NCBI GenBank assembly: GCA_049999805.1
Contig: JBNGIO010006293.1
Location: 1-50,746 of the forward strand
Reading direction: 5' to 3'
DNA: 50,746 nt
Source of the DNA: Folioceros fuciformis
Taxonomy: Eukaryota
Part shown: one piece after another, positions 10,414 through 22,560 of the stretch
How positions within the stretch are numbered: the stretch's first letter is position 1
How the letters are laid out: the number at the start of each line of letters is the position of its first letter
The notes under the pieces: model-generated
Databases searched by the model: none
Seen by the model: the letters and a program-made list of their open reading frames with translations, nothing else
What the model was told of the DNA's origin: nothing
Made by a program: the position numbers and the translations under genes

Positions 10414-11918
10414 TCATTGTTGTACAGGACATGGTAGACTAGTGCTCATCACAATGGTGACAACATATCGTTGTTGTCCACGACAACTGTGAAGATGTAA
10501 TAAAACTCCTTCCTTATCAAGCCATAAAATCCACACTTGAAGTACAGAACTGATTTTGCCAAACCTATCACATGCTATGTAAATAAAGCCACTAACCCGC
10601 CCAACTACCAATGAACTGGTATCACATGCTATGTAAATGAAGCCACTAACCCGCCCAACTACCAATGAACTGGTACATTCGAAACTTGTTTTTCCTAATA
10701 ACTTACCTACCCAACAAAGCAAGTCTTTTATTGAACATGCCAAATTGCCTAGGGCTCTCTGCCCACTGCTCCATCGTGTTGAACATTTACGATTCCATTC
10801 TGCAACTTCTCTAAACTGCCAAAGTTCGACAAGCCTACCTTGTCGTGTTGGGGTTGCTTTGTTCACCATAGCTCTTGTCTTGTCTCCCTGCAAACATGGC
10901 TGCTATTTTGAGCTGATTGTCTAACATGTGGTGCTGAAATACCCATTGGTTGGCCATCTTTGTAGCTTGAAGCTTTGTCAGACATGCAGTGAAGGTGGTC
11001 AAACTTGTAGTAATTTTCTTCTCAACTCCAGTTATGGAAGACCTTCTTCTCTTAACTCTTTTGCCTCTAAAGCATTGTTCTTGTGTGGCAGGCTGGCTTG
11101 GAGAGTCCTCAATCTCATCTTCAATATTGCTTGAAGCCTTTGGTATAGCTTAGTGTTGCGAAGGATTAGGGGAATCTTCTTGCTCATGAACTAGAAAATC
11201 CTTGTAGCAAGTATTGGAGGATCTTCAACATAAGTTGTAGATGTAGCACCTTTTGGTTGTGTTGCAGATGGACCACCTTCAAGAGGAGAGCTAGTGTTGT
11301 TCTTGGACTTAGCCTGGACCTTGCTAGGATCCAAGGCACCGGGTATGCCTTGGAACTTGGGTTCTTCTTGCAGAGCTCAACCATGGCATGGAAGTGGGGC
11401 CAAGTAGTATTGATGTTCCTTGTGGATGTCTTGTGCTCCTTCTCCTTCATGTATCACTTTGTTAGATTTTTCATCTTCATCTTGCACTTTCTTGTTGTCA
11501 CACTTACAAGCCCACATGCATTGTCAACCCCTATGGCTACCTCCTTCCCGTGTTTGACACCGAGGTTACCTTGCTTCATATGCATAAGGTGCATTTCATA
11601 GTACTCTTGGACGAGGATACATGTTGCCTCTTCTGTCCAAAAAATGTTAGCATCTCGCTTCACCTTAGCTTTGGTATGCTGCTCTTCACTACTAGCAACA
11701 ACGTCGTCATCCGCATCCTCAAAGGTTCCTTCGGTATTCTCCGTTGCATTCAAGTCAAACTTTCCTCCGGTGTGCGTATTGAAATAATTGTAACAACGTC
11801 TGAAATAAATCAGGTTTGTCCTCAAATACCCTTTTTTTGCCTTTTTCTCTAGCCATATGGCATCACACCACCCTCCAAAATTGTCGTATACTGTAGGTCG
11901 AGGGGCTGAGAAGGCCAA
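10414..11918 (-). mobile_element. Myb/SANT-trihelix DNA-binding ORF relic of Harbinger element 1, convergent with the transposase
   Basis: ORF 11454-11918 has FWTEEATCILVQEY..KQGNL..KCKMKMKNLTK, followed by TWPHFHAMVEL in ORF 11184-11450. This is the typical second ORF of Harbinger elements. Confidence 0.7.
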
Positions 11919-12585
11919 CGGCTATTGCTTTGCAAATTACACCCTTCTGTTTTCTATTGAAAGCGAACATTGGTATAAGGCACACTTGAAACATAATTTC
12001 CAAATCAGCTATTTTTCTAGTAAACTACATTACCAAGGCGCACACAAGTGTGTGCCCACCTACTTACAAGCATGTAGTCTATATAGCGAAAGGTCTTATC
12101 CTTGAATTATGTAGATTCTAGCCTTTCAATCCTGCGGACAATAATGTAGGGTTGTCTCTGGTTGGGCTGCCATCGCATTTGGCTCTTCAAGTTCGTCTAT
12201 CGGGTTCTTTAGGTTCGTCTGTTGGCAAAGCCGCTAGAGAATGTTTCTAACCAACTTTTGTCGTAAACGGTTTCTAACCTTCCAAGGATGCAAAACACAC
12301 TTAAAGTCCTCACTACTTACTCAAGGTTTAGATCATCAAAAGAAAGTCACTAGTCAAGTCTCACTACAAAACTATGCAAAAAATGGTTAAAAATGATCAA
12401 AACATACTTTTTACACACAAATTTTTTTTTTAAAAAAGCAAAAAAGAGGAAAATAGTTATAAAACCTTGAAGCCATGGCGCGCCCAAGTGCATGCCAGCG
12501 ACTAGACAACGGGATATTTTTTTGAATTGTTTTGCAATTTTTAGGATTTTTTTACCATTATGAGCTTAACATGTGTGCTAGCTAT

Positions 12586-12800
12586 TTTATGGAGTGCACT
12601 TGTGCGCGCCAGCTTGGTCATGGTGCACACTTGTGCGCACCAGCGTGGTCATGGTGCACACAACTGCACGCCAATGAGGTCATGGCATACAAAAGTGTGC
12701 GCCAAAGCAGTCATGATGCACAATTATGCGCGCCAATCGAGTCATGGCATGTACAAATTCATAGCAGTTGGGTCATGGTGCACATTCATGAGCACGGGCC
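12586..12800. repeat. Degenerate 31-bp tandem repeat, ~7 copies (probable TE subterminal repeat)
   Basis: Recurrent GTCATGGTGCACA-N-GTGCGCGCCA units at 31-bp spacing. Confidence 0.75.
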
Positions 12801-13385
12801 TGCTCAGACAAGAACTTCTGCGCAGTGGTTTGCTCCTAAAGCAAACTTTTGTGTGACAACTGGTTCTTAGCAAGGACTTCAAAATGCTACTTGACTTCCA
12901 ACCCATACTTGTGATACCAATAGATTGATTTAAAGGCTCCTAAACATAGGTAGAGTAAAATGATAATGAAACCCTAGGATTTGAATCCTTAGCCCATTAG
13001 TCAATTGTTTTTGGAGGCGTTTAAGGTCGCTACAACATATTGAACATCACTACAATATCTCTTCAACACTTAATGTTGAAGAAGAAGAGGAAGAAGGGAG
13101 TGCCTGGCTAGTAGTGTCTTGGAATTGCATTGAGTTTTGAGTTTTGTAGCATGTTATGATGGTCTCAAGTGCATAGCGCACACTTAGGCATGCTAGCCTT
13201 GTGGTGGGTGCGTTCTTGTGTGCACCAAAAAAAGCTTGTAGGTTTTGTATCAGCAGTAGTCGATGAGGTTTTGGGGATGCTCGATNNNNNNNNNNNNNNN
13301 NNNNNNNNNNNNNNNNNNNNNNNNNNNNNNNNNNNNNNNNNNNNNNNNNNNNNNNNNNNNNNNNNNNNNNNNNNNNNNNNNNNNN

Positions 13386-14603
13386 TGCGGGGGATGATTA
13401 GAGGCAGCGGTCGGGGTGGCAAAGGATAATCAATAGTGGGGGTTGAGGTTGTGGGGGATGATCTTTAGCTGGGCTTTGGGCTGGCAAGATAGTTAGATTT
13501 GCCACATTTTGGACGGAATTATTCCAGTCTCAATCGTTATTGACTATCCAACATGAACCATAGTTGTAGGCATCAAATGCAAGAAGTATTGTGTAGATCT
13601 GAAAATGTACTCCAGGTACGAAGGGTGGAAACTAAAGGAGAAGGGATGAGGGAAGAAGTAGAGACACGGCCGAAGTAGAAGCAACCGCAGAGAAGGAGGG
13701 GGTGAGGATGAGAGGAAGAATGAAGGCGGAGGAGAAGATGGAAGGGAGGAGACAAGGTGAGAAAGAGAACTAAGGAACCACCCAAGTACTAGGTACCATG
13801 TGGGGTTGTCAATCCCACAGTTGTGGCTACATCACCCGCAGTCGTTGTAGAAGCACTCCCAGAGTCGTATCCATGAGTCCGGTGTCCTGTTAGAAGCGGC
13901 TATCTACCTATCTACTCTACTACTCAACTCAAAATACCAACCATAAGTCACACTCAATACATACGTTTATTGAAGTAGGTGGCTAGAAACCACTGGATGC
14001 TGAAGGAGAGAAGTGTCTCCATCCACTACACGCTCCTCTAGCCCCTATGTTACGGACAAGTTCTTTTCTCCAGCCAACTATGTCATGGCCACCAATGTTG
14101 GTTAGCAAGTACTTGTAGGTACTCCTTCCCGAGGCTTTACCCCTTCGGCTAACGACGACCACACCCACCACCGACCTTGAAGAGGGGTGAGAACTTGTAG
14201 GGCGCTAGGTTAGCTGCTAGACCACACTCGCCCCCTTGACCGCCTCCTCTGAGAAGGTGGCACGCATGCGCACCAGCGAGGGTTCCTCCGTCCCCTTGAG
14301 CGGGAGGTCCTCTTTGCGGCCAAGAGCTGGGAGAAGTGGCTTGTGTTTAACTAGAGCGAAGGACGTTTTATGGACGGAGGCCACTACTACCGACAACGCT
14401 TGGCGTCCTTCCAGCTCCTTATACAGCTACCTATTCTTCGCTTGCAAATGGATACCCAATGGTCATTAAGGCCAGCACGTGTGTCCGCACGGCCCTCCGC
14501 GGCCACGACATGTACCTCTGTATGTCCTTGCTCGTTACCATGCTATGGTGAGTGATGCATAATCCGAACAGGTGGCCAAAAGTTTTGACGCCCGTGCGCT
14601 ACA
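13386..14603 (-). mobile_element. 5' LTR, PBS-like site and leader of an LTR retrotransposon, truncated by the 100-N gap
   Basis: On the minus strand: TGTAGCG start at 14603, TATAAGG at ~14417-14423, CAATAAA at ~13966-13972, LTR end ...GACAACCCCACA at ~13799 directly followed by TGGTACC (PBS-like). Confidence 0.5.
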
Positions 14604-15184
14604 TACCACCAACACGGGACATGAGAAAGCCGCTCGTCCCTACCCACTTACATATTACTAATAATACTTGTTTAAGGCTCCAAGTGCACCCTGGCTCACA
14701 AGCTTATGGTATGTGAACTCCCGTCATTTGCATAGCGTAAGATGCGAGTTTAGAGAGGCATGTTCAATCTTTGCTGTCAAGTGCTCTTGTGATTAGGGAT
14801 AGGGATTTTGGTTAAAGGTTGAGATTAGGGTTAGGGTTAGGGTTTTTTTTTTCTCTTTGGGATAGGAGAATGTGATTTACGGATAATAACATGGATTTGA
14901 GTTCTTGTATTGATTTAGAAAAGTTACCAACTAACACACCTTTTGTGGTGCAACTTCCTAAATTATGGTTATTTAACCATACTGACCTAAACTGGGTTTC
15001 TTCTTAATATGATCATTCTAGGGCACCAGGGCAGAAAAAACATGTGAAGGTGGCTCACATACTCTTTTCTAGAGTGAGAGACTTTATTGGGGGAATGAGT
15101 GCTATAAGTTCCCATCTTACGAACTTCGGGTAAGAGACGGAATTTATTGAAGAAAGTGCACTCACAAAGTAATCGAATTTCAAT

Positions 15185-16300
15185 ATGTACAGAGCTAGGG
15201 GATATTATGTATGTCACAGGGGCAAGCACATCTTCACAGTGTGTGTTTCCATAGGAAGAAGTATGCTACACAATTTTTATAATAAGTGGGGAACAAGTGA
15301 AGGAGACTTTGTGAGATATATGAAGGTTCAATGGGGAGAGACTATAGATATGTGGTTGTGTAATACTAGAATGTTGCCTCAAGCAGGACAACATACAACT
15401 TCAGCTGTGGAAGGATTCCATAGATTTATAAAAGAACGTGTAGCATTTAGCAAGTCAACTTTACCTGGTCGTAGACTAGACTAGTTACTACACCAATTAG
15501 TGAATGTGGTTGCCCGACATTATTGGTACCAGCACTTCATGAAAGAAGGGGGATACAGGCATAACAAGAAGCTGGAGGCTTTGGAGGAACCACTATGAAG
15601 GGTGCAGAAACTAATCCTACTAGCTCAATTATTTTACCGCATGCCGAAAATGTTACTGCACATTGTTTGTCTTCATCGACCCCTGACTTGTGATATGTGA
15701 TTGAACATGTTTACTCTCCTTGGGCTACATGCTCATGTCCAATGGGGAACAAAGATTTCATCTGCAAGCATGTGGTGAAAGTTCAACAACTCCTTGGCAT
15801 ATACAAGGATGGTGCAGCAGCAGCTAGGCAAAATGGAAGAACAAATGGAGCGTATGTTGCTGAAAGTAGTGATACCAGCAACTTGGCTATGGCTTTTTGG
15901 ATGTAGGATCAAGAAGCTCCACACATTGTGTTGCCTAGTAACCCCTTGGTGGTACCAATATGTAAGATAGAATTGGAGATGGCAAAAGAAAAACGGTTGG
16001 ATTTTATTAAAACGGCATGTGTTGAAGTATGTAATACCGCATTTGAGCATTCAGATTTAGCTTTTGGGATAGCCTGCATTATGGAGCAAACTCAACAGAA
16101 GGTGAGACAATTAGTGGCATAGGCATACGAACAACCTCAACGGAAACAAGTGTTAGAAACTTTTGCTGAGAATGAAGGCACGAACAGACTGAAACGATAT
16201 GTTGGTTTGGAGGAAGTTGTGTGTAAGAAGAAAACGACGGAGAGGTGGAACATAGGCAGTTGATAAAGAGTGGATTGATGAGCTGAAATAGGCTTTTGGT
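15185..16300 (+). mobile_element. MULE/Mutator-like transposase relic with SWIM zinc finger
   Basis: Motifs F..Y....W..IDMW, TTSAVEGFHRFIK, GRRLD*(W)LLHQL..HYW and SWIM finger WATCSCPMGNKDFICKHVVKV, interrupted by stops. Confidence 0.75.
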
Positions 16301-16529
16301 TTCAGAAGCTGACCAATCCACTTTTGTAGGGTGTTGAGAGAAGATAGCAGATAGCACTTAGTTTTGATCAGGTCAATTATGCTTTTCGTCTTATAGGTCA
16401 GAATTCACTCTTCTGGTTTTAGAAGGAGAGAATTCGGCTTAATGCCAGCAGCATGCACTATGTACAGCAACTCCTCCAAACCTGGTGAGGAAACTTAAGC
16501 ACTAAAGCCTGTTGTAAGAGGTGCCCATT

Positions 16530-17345
16530 CCCTACCACCATCGATCATGTCGAGGCACACTCACTCTCGTAAGCCTGCACCTACATTCATGCATTCAAAC
16601 ATCCAGATTAACTTCAAATCTTTGTGAAAAAGAAAATGAAACATTATGGAGACCAGCTCCAGCTTGCAACCCCCTCACCACGCCCTTGAGGCAGTTGTCG
16701 ACAAGAGGCAAGGTTGACTTCCGTAATGCTGCCAACATTTCAGGCCCCCACTCAAACGCAAAGACCAGCTTCCGCATCACGTTGATACTGGAGTCAATGT
16801 CTGCACGCTGAGACATTATTCTTGCTATGTCATGAGCAGCTTTCACTTTGTTCGTCGACCCTTCAGGTGAATGCTTGTACTGGAAAATCAGTCGCCAAGG
16901 ATCGATGTTAGACATGCAAAAACTAATTACCCTCGTCCCTTCCAAAGTTCACAGCAAATCCAGAGTAATGATGCTTGTACCTTGTGCCAGTAGTGCAGCA
17001 AATCAGCATATTCACAGCCAGTGACTCCCCAGCAGGGAAATAATTTCCGGAAATGCCCATGTCCAACAAGGTAGGCCTGTTGACGTTCGCATTCAAAGGG
17101 TCATAGCCTGAGAATAGAGATAATTTGTCGCGTATTGCATCACATATGAGCGAGATCTGTAAGTGTTGTCATTCAAGGTCCTCTTCTTTGACAAGCAAAG
17201 AAGAGGAACACCAACAAGGAGATGAGTACAAAAAATGAATCCTGCGATTGAAGGAACAGTATGTCTCTCAAAACTAATAAGAGGACGTGAGATGCGAGTT
17301 TCTGCACTCACTGCGAGGTACTGATCTACATGAGGCGTGAATCCA
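16530..17345 (-). pseudogene. Legumain / vacuolar processing enzyme (VPE) 3' gene fragment with introns
   Basis: Successive exon pieces KKRTLNDNTYRSRSYVMQY, EYADLLHYWHK, YKHSPEGSTNKVKAAHDIARIMSQRADIDSSINVMRKLVFAFEWGPEMLAALRKSTLPLVDNCLKGV and VQAYESEC match the plant VPE C-terminal prodomain. GT-AG introns lie at ~16581-16678 and ~16880-16980. Stops and frameshifts are present, and the catalytic N-terminal part is absent. Confidence 0.8.
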
Positions 17346-17911
17346 CATGGTATCTGGTGAACATGGTTTTAGGCCTGATCCGTGCAATGGAATAAGAGGC
17401 AGCTGTACAAGCATTGTTGCACTAATCCTGACCATTTCAAAGATCTTTTCCCCAGAATTCTCACATCCACTAAAACAGATCTGCCTAGTCTGGATCCAGT
17501 GAAAAAAGTTTGGGGCGAAATTCACGGACCTTCCACTCAGATCCAGACTTGGATAGCTTGGCGGTACGCAGTATATCATGAAGCAGACCTGGAGGAGCAG
17601 AAAGTGTCAAGTCCATGTGGAAGAATCCAGGTGAGAAATGGCAGCAGGCTGTGACGCTGGAGAATTCGTGTAGACACGTTCCCTGGTAATGTGGCGGAAG
17701 GACTTCTTCCCTCCGTGGGGAGATTCCGAAGAATCCGCCATCCTGAAGCGAGATGAGGAGGCGCAGGTGCAGCAAGAGTGGGAAGGGGTGCCGACGAGCA
17801 ATTCCTGTTCCCGTAGCCGCTGCGGCAATCAGAGGAAGCAGGGGAGGAGATACGCGCGAAGCCGCCCGATCCGCATCATGACGAAACAGGAGGGAACTGA
17901 CTGCATCTGCA

Positions 17912-17982
17912 CCGGACAGCAGATTAGGCGTGTTGCCGGACAGCAGATTAGGCGTGTTGCCGGACAGCAGAATAGGCGTGTT
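17912..17982. repeat. 24-bp tandem repeat, 3 copies
   Basis: Unit CCGGACAGCAGATTAGGCGTGTTG. Confidence 0.9.
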
Positions 17983-18099
17983 GTTGCATCTGCACCGCTT
18001 TGTTTTTAGATCGGTTCACCCGCGATGAGAAGTGCACAGCTTTGAAAAGCTGATTTGAAACCTGGATTTCAAACCGACGAGTTTGGAATCCTTCCATCC

Positions 18100-18195
18100 C
18101 GGGTATGGAAAGCCGGGTATGGAAATGCAGTACAGAGAACGGGTATGGAAATGCAGTACAGAGAACGGGTATGGAAATGCAGTACAGAGAACGGG
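18100..18195. repeat. 26-bp tandem repeat, 3 copies plus a partial copy
   Basis: Unit CGGGTATGGAAATGCAGTACAGAGAA from 18114. Confidence 0.9.
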
Positions 18196-18393
18196 AACCA
18201 CAAACTGATGTTGCTGGTATGTCGTGTATGTCGATATAAGCCACGGTACATCGGATAGCGCGGTACATCGGATTGCGCATCCGCACGGGTTTGCTGACCG
18301 TATTTGCCTTAATGGCCATCGGTATCAATGGGAAAGCCTACAGCACCATGCAAGATGTCGATTACTATCTAAAGTGCACACCGCACTAGCACA

Positions 18394-21260
18394 CTAATTA
18401 TAGAGCCTTGGTGTACGCCGGGCTTTTAATGAGGAGTGGCACCATGAACGAGAAGGCCGCTCATCCACTCTCATTTCGGCTGAGGAATCCCATGCCGGTC
18501 TCGGGAAATCCTGCCACCAGATCTTCCGAATCCTGCCTCGATGGCTCACCCTGCCACGGTGAGCCGGAGCCACCACCAGTGCTGTCACCGCTGGTGGAGG
18601 TTCCGAGGAATTTGCTCTTTCCGAATTTCCTCAGCTGTCTTCCTGCCCAGGCTAATGCAGTAAAGCTGCGTGTAGCCTGCCAGGCTTGCTCAACAGCCAG
18701 CTCCTTTGTCAATGCGATTCAGGAGTGTTCTTGATTTCACTTCCTCGGGGTACCGAGGCTTGTGCTAATCTCGATCCCAAAACGACGTCCAGGTAGTGAT
18801 CCTGCACACCCTCCACTCCGTCGCTACCAACGTTCTGTGGCCGACACCCAGGTCGAATTTCGGATGCTAACAAGCACAGCAGCCGGGCCCCCACGCCCAT
18901 GTTGGGTACTTTTGCTGGAAGAGCATTTTGGTCCCTTCATTGTCTGCCCATGCGTCCGCGGTCCAGCTCATTCCCGACGGCGCAACGTGCGGTCTGGCCT
19001 GTGCCGCCAGCCCCAACCGGCCATGACTGCTCAACTCGCGCCAATGTGGGACAACCGGCCAGTTTCTAGATGAATGTGGAGCAGGATGCCACCAGGAAAC
19101 CCAGCCTCCCACCACAAATCGCCGACTTGTACCTCCCGTGTCGCATCGTGAGAATTCCGGTGTTGGTTTCCGTTCCTGCTGTAGCTGCAGCGAATAAGAG
19201 GCCTTAGCCTCCGTCGTGATGCGCAAAGCAGACACCAGCACACAAGAACTTGCCATCCCTGCTATCAGAGCTTGCAAGTAGCGCTTCTGAGAGATCGGTA
19301 GCGATGCCGAACGGATTGGCCTGGACCAAGGCAGCGGTCAGGCCGGTGACCACCACCTGCATCACGTCCTGGAAGTCCTCAGCTTCGGACAGGACCCCTC
19401 GCACCTCTGCCATCGTCCATGTCCAGGCCGCGAAGGTGTCCATCTCCTGGCTGCAATCGCCTGAGATGTGAATCCTGGCAGCTGGGTGGCGGAAGAACAC
19501 TTGCGGACAGAAATGGATCCGACGTGCCACCCTCCGTGGACCCCACCACTACGGGGGCCGTTCCCAAGCCCGCTCTTGCTCTTTCCTTCACTGCATGCCA
19601 GTACCGCGGGGTGAGATTGTACACCCACTTCCCAGAGCTGAAGAAGCAGTCGATATGCTGGCGAACCGAGCTCACAGCCGCATCAAACAAGCTCGTCTCG
19701 GGGATGCGCTTCCTGGACTCCCTTTGCACCTTAGCTTGATGTGCCATCCCCATTTCCAGCACGGAGTCCGCGAGCCAGTCCCCGGCCACCAGTGTGCGCC
19801 GTCGTCGGACTCTGGAACTCCAACCGGACCAAAGCAGTCCTCCGCTCTGGGGTCTGGCTTCGCGACCGGACCGGTTCAGCCTCATCTTCCTCCTGCAAAT
19901 CACGGCAAGCCTGCCTCTTGCTCTGGACTCGTACCCGAAGTCGACCATCATGGAATCGAGTTCTTGGCCTGAGGTGTCGCCCACATTAGCAGAAGATTTG
20001 CTGCCTCTGCCTCGGCGCCACACCTCCAAGCTGATTGCGGGCTTCTGGCGTGGATGCTGCCAATTTGCTGCCGAAGGTGGCCACTACGAACGCCAAGCAC
20101 TCGCAACCGCCTGCAGCTACTGCCATGCACACGCCGCTGGAGTGCCAATGGATGCCGGACGAGCGGGATGCCTTCACCTACATTCAACAGCGCCGCTATA
20201 ACTGGACTGTGGTGCTCCACCAGCAACAGCAACAGCAACAGGGCACTAGCCTGGCCTTCGCCTCCATCCTCCGGTTCTGCAGCTCCCAATTCGTCACCTT
20301 CAACGACAGCCCGAGATGCTCGTTCTCCTGCATCTGGTTCCGTATGGCAGACTCCTCCGCTTAAATCACTTGCACCAGCTCCCGCCCACATAGCTGAAAT
20401 TCCAGCCTCATCTTCTGATTCCGTGCAGACCAGTTGAGTCCTCAGCAGAGCCGGGTCCATCTAGGACCCTGAATTTGGATCAGAGGTCCTTTCTCGAAGC
20501 AAGGGTCCGGTAAGGCCGTACTCTCGAGGATCAAGGTGGGAGCTGAATTGTTTTGAATATGTCACAGAAGCACAACTTGGGCAAGAGCTTCTTGCCGGTT
20601 GGGGCCATGTCCCTCGATTCCCGACACACCGAGACTCAAACCATAGCCCTCCTGCGAGTTGCTCCCCACAAGCTCAGCCCCTCACTTCAACTCTGGCTGA
20701 TCCAAAATCCGGCACTATTCGACAACGACACCTTCCAAAACACTCGTTGTCCGAGCTCCAACATCAGCCTGAGGTGGTGCAAGAATGCTCGCTGCGACAC
20801 CACTCTTCCTGCTTGGAATCCCTGCTGCCACGAGGCTGGTTTCGAGACTCCACAGTCGCCGGTCTGAAAGCTCTAGGGATTCGGCAAGAGCCACGGCCCG
20901 GTCTTGGCAAAAGCTCCTTCCTCACCTCTCCTTTCTGTGCAGACTCGTCCCGTGCAACCCTAGCTCCGTTTGCTTGCATCCGATTCCAAAGTCGAGGCAG
21001 GGTGGACTGCTATCGGCATTCTCAGGTAGGTCGAAGCCTTCGCGCTCGACCCTCAGTCCCGTTCTCAGCAGCGCCAGCGGTCGGGCTCCTGCAAAGGAGT
21101 GCCGTCAACACAGCCCCATGCCTAAGCATGAGATTGCTGGATAGCGTTCCCATAGCAGCATGTCCAGCAGCGTTCCTCACACCCGCACGGGTGCCAAAAA
21201 ATGCCCTTTCCAGGACCATAATTTTTGGGCACGACATATTACTCTTACTAGATTTAGACC
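18394..21260 (-). pseudogene. GC-rich decayed coding-like sequence of unknown family
   Basis: Minus-strand stretches with GC3-biased codons (VLSEAEDFQDVMQVVVTGLTAALVQANPFGIAT; RKRIPETSLFDAAVSSVRQHIDCFFSSGKWVYNLTPRYW) occur in different frames. No intact gene model could be built. Confidence 0.3.
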
Positions 21261-21544
21261 TTGTCAATTGTACAACAAGTATTCACTTGGGAAGTTTTGA
21301 AACGAAGTCAAAGCTCAGGCTTTTGAAACAAAGTCAAACCTCGGGCTTTATAGCCTCTTCAAAAACCCGATGACTTAGATAAGAACTGAATAAGAGACAA
21401 AGCCCGCGCTTCACGTCTCTTCACAAAACTAGAGGCTTAGACAAAAAATTGTAATTAATATAAAACAAAGAAAAAATCCAAGTTAGATACCCTCTTCATA
21501 AAACCAACATCTTAGACAAGAACTGAAATTAAGACAAGGTAAAG

Positions 21545-22560
21545 TATTTTCTATTATTGAAAATGAGATGGAAAGTCCTATTTGCTCCAAAGATTGGAGG
21601 AACAACCCGAGTAGGGCTAAAGGCCAAAAGAAGGGTACTAGTCTTTCGAACATCATTCTCAAAAACTACTTATTATTCCCAAAATGTCATGATGTGGAAT
21701 AACAAAAGGCCTACCTACCACGGGTGCCGAAGAAGCTACTTGACTTACACTTATTGATGTTCTAAAACCACCTTGGCCAATACTCTTTACAAAGCAATAC
21801 ATACGCATTGTCGAAAGAAGACCACCACAGAGGAAAGAAGGAGAACATCATTCCTATGACTCTAATAAACCTTGGCGCACTCCTTGATGAACCTTGAAAA
21901 GTCCTTGCCCATAGCCACATGAGTCTCAAGAGCAAGGGGGATGAAAGTATGCCCATCTTGTTGGGCAGAATACTTATGGAATTTGGCGCTTGCACAACTC
22001 TCCGCTGTCCAACCACGGGGGTTGATGATAACGTGCTCGCAAATCGAATTTCTAGTGGAATCCGTAACAATATCAACATCACAAACTTGTTCCCCCCTAG
22101 TGTGAAAGAAGTCGGCTCTAAGTGAAACCCAGTTGCACAAAGTCTATGAACGCTCCCCATACGGAATAAACCCACATATCCTAGCCATTGAGAATATGAT
22201 ATCTCGAATTGCATCATGGGTGGCAACACGGTGCCCCCCAATGGGACAACGTGCCAGACAAGACCCTGTATCAACTATGGCAACCTCACAATTGCATGTA
22301 GAGAGAGAAAAAGCCAAGGGGTTAACCAAATCTAAGAAAAATCTCATGGCGGTGGCGAAAGTTGTTGGTGCGATTTGAAACAACTGGATGCAAGGTCGAG
22401 CCAAAAGCCAAGAGCCCGCTACTTACCTAAACAAGAGCGAATACGAACCCAATAAGACCTAGGGATGGATGAGTCTGAAAAAAGAGCTCTTAGCGCTTGG
22501 CTATATTGCTTTTCTAGGAGGGAGGCCTAGAGACCCATCAACCCTTTCCTAGAAAAGGAG
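21545..22560 (-). mobile_element. CRE-like (restriction-like endonuclease) non-LTR retrotransposon 3' fragment, copy A
   Basis: Zinc-knuckle CNC..D..CLARCPIGGHRVATHDAIRD, then REL motifs RADFF..DVDIVTD, SAKFHKY and FIPLALETH. It aligns by eye with copies at 40.4-44.4 kb. Confidence 0.75.

Noticed and set aside
13165-13429. ORFs spanning the 100-N gap
   Set aside because: They are open only because of the Ns.
17480-17530. DLPSLDPVKKVWGEI as a Tc1/mariner SPDLNPIENxW motif
   Set aside because: Only a weak single-motif resemblance; no other DDE motifs or TIRs were found.
19320-19400. QVVVTGLTAAL as a class-3 lipase motif, or ANPFG..EAL as GRAS
   Set aside because: The catalytic GHSLG and other family motifs are missing, so the family cannot be assigned.
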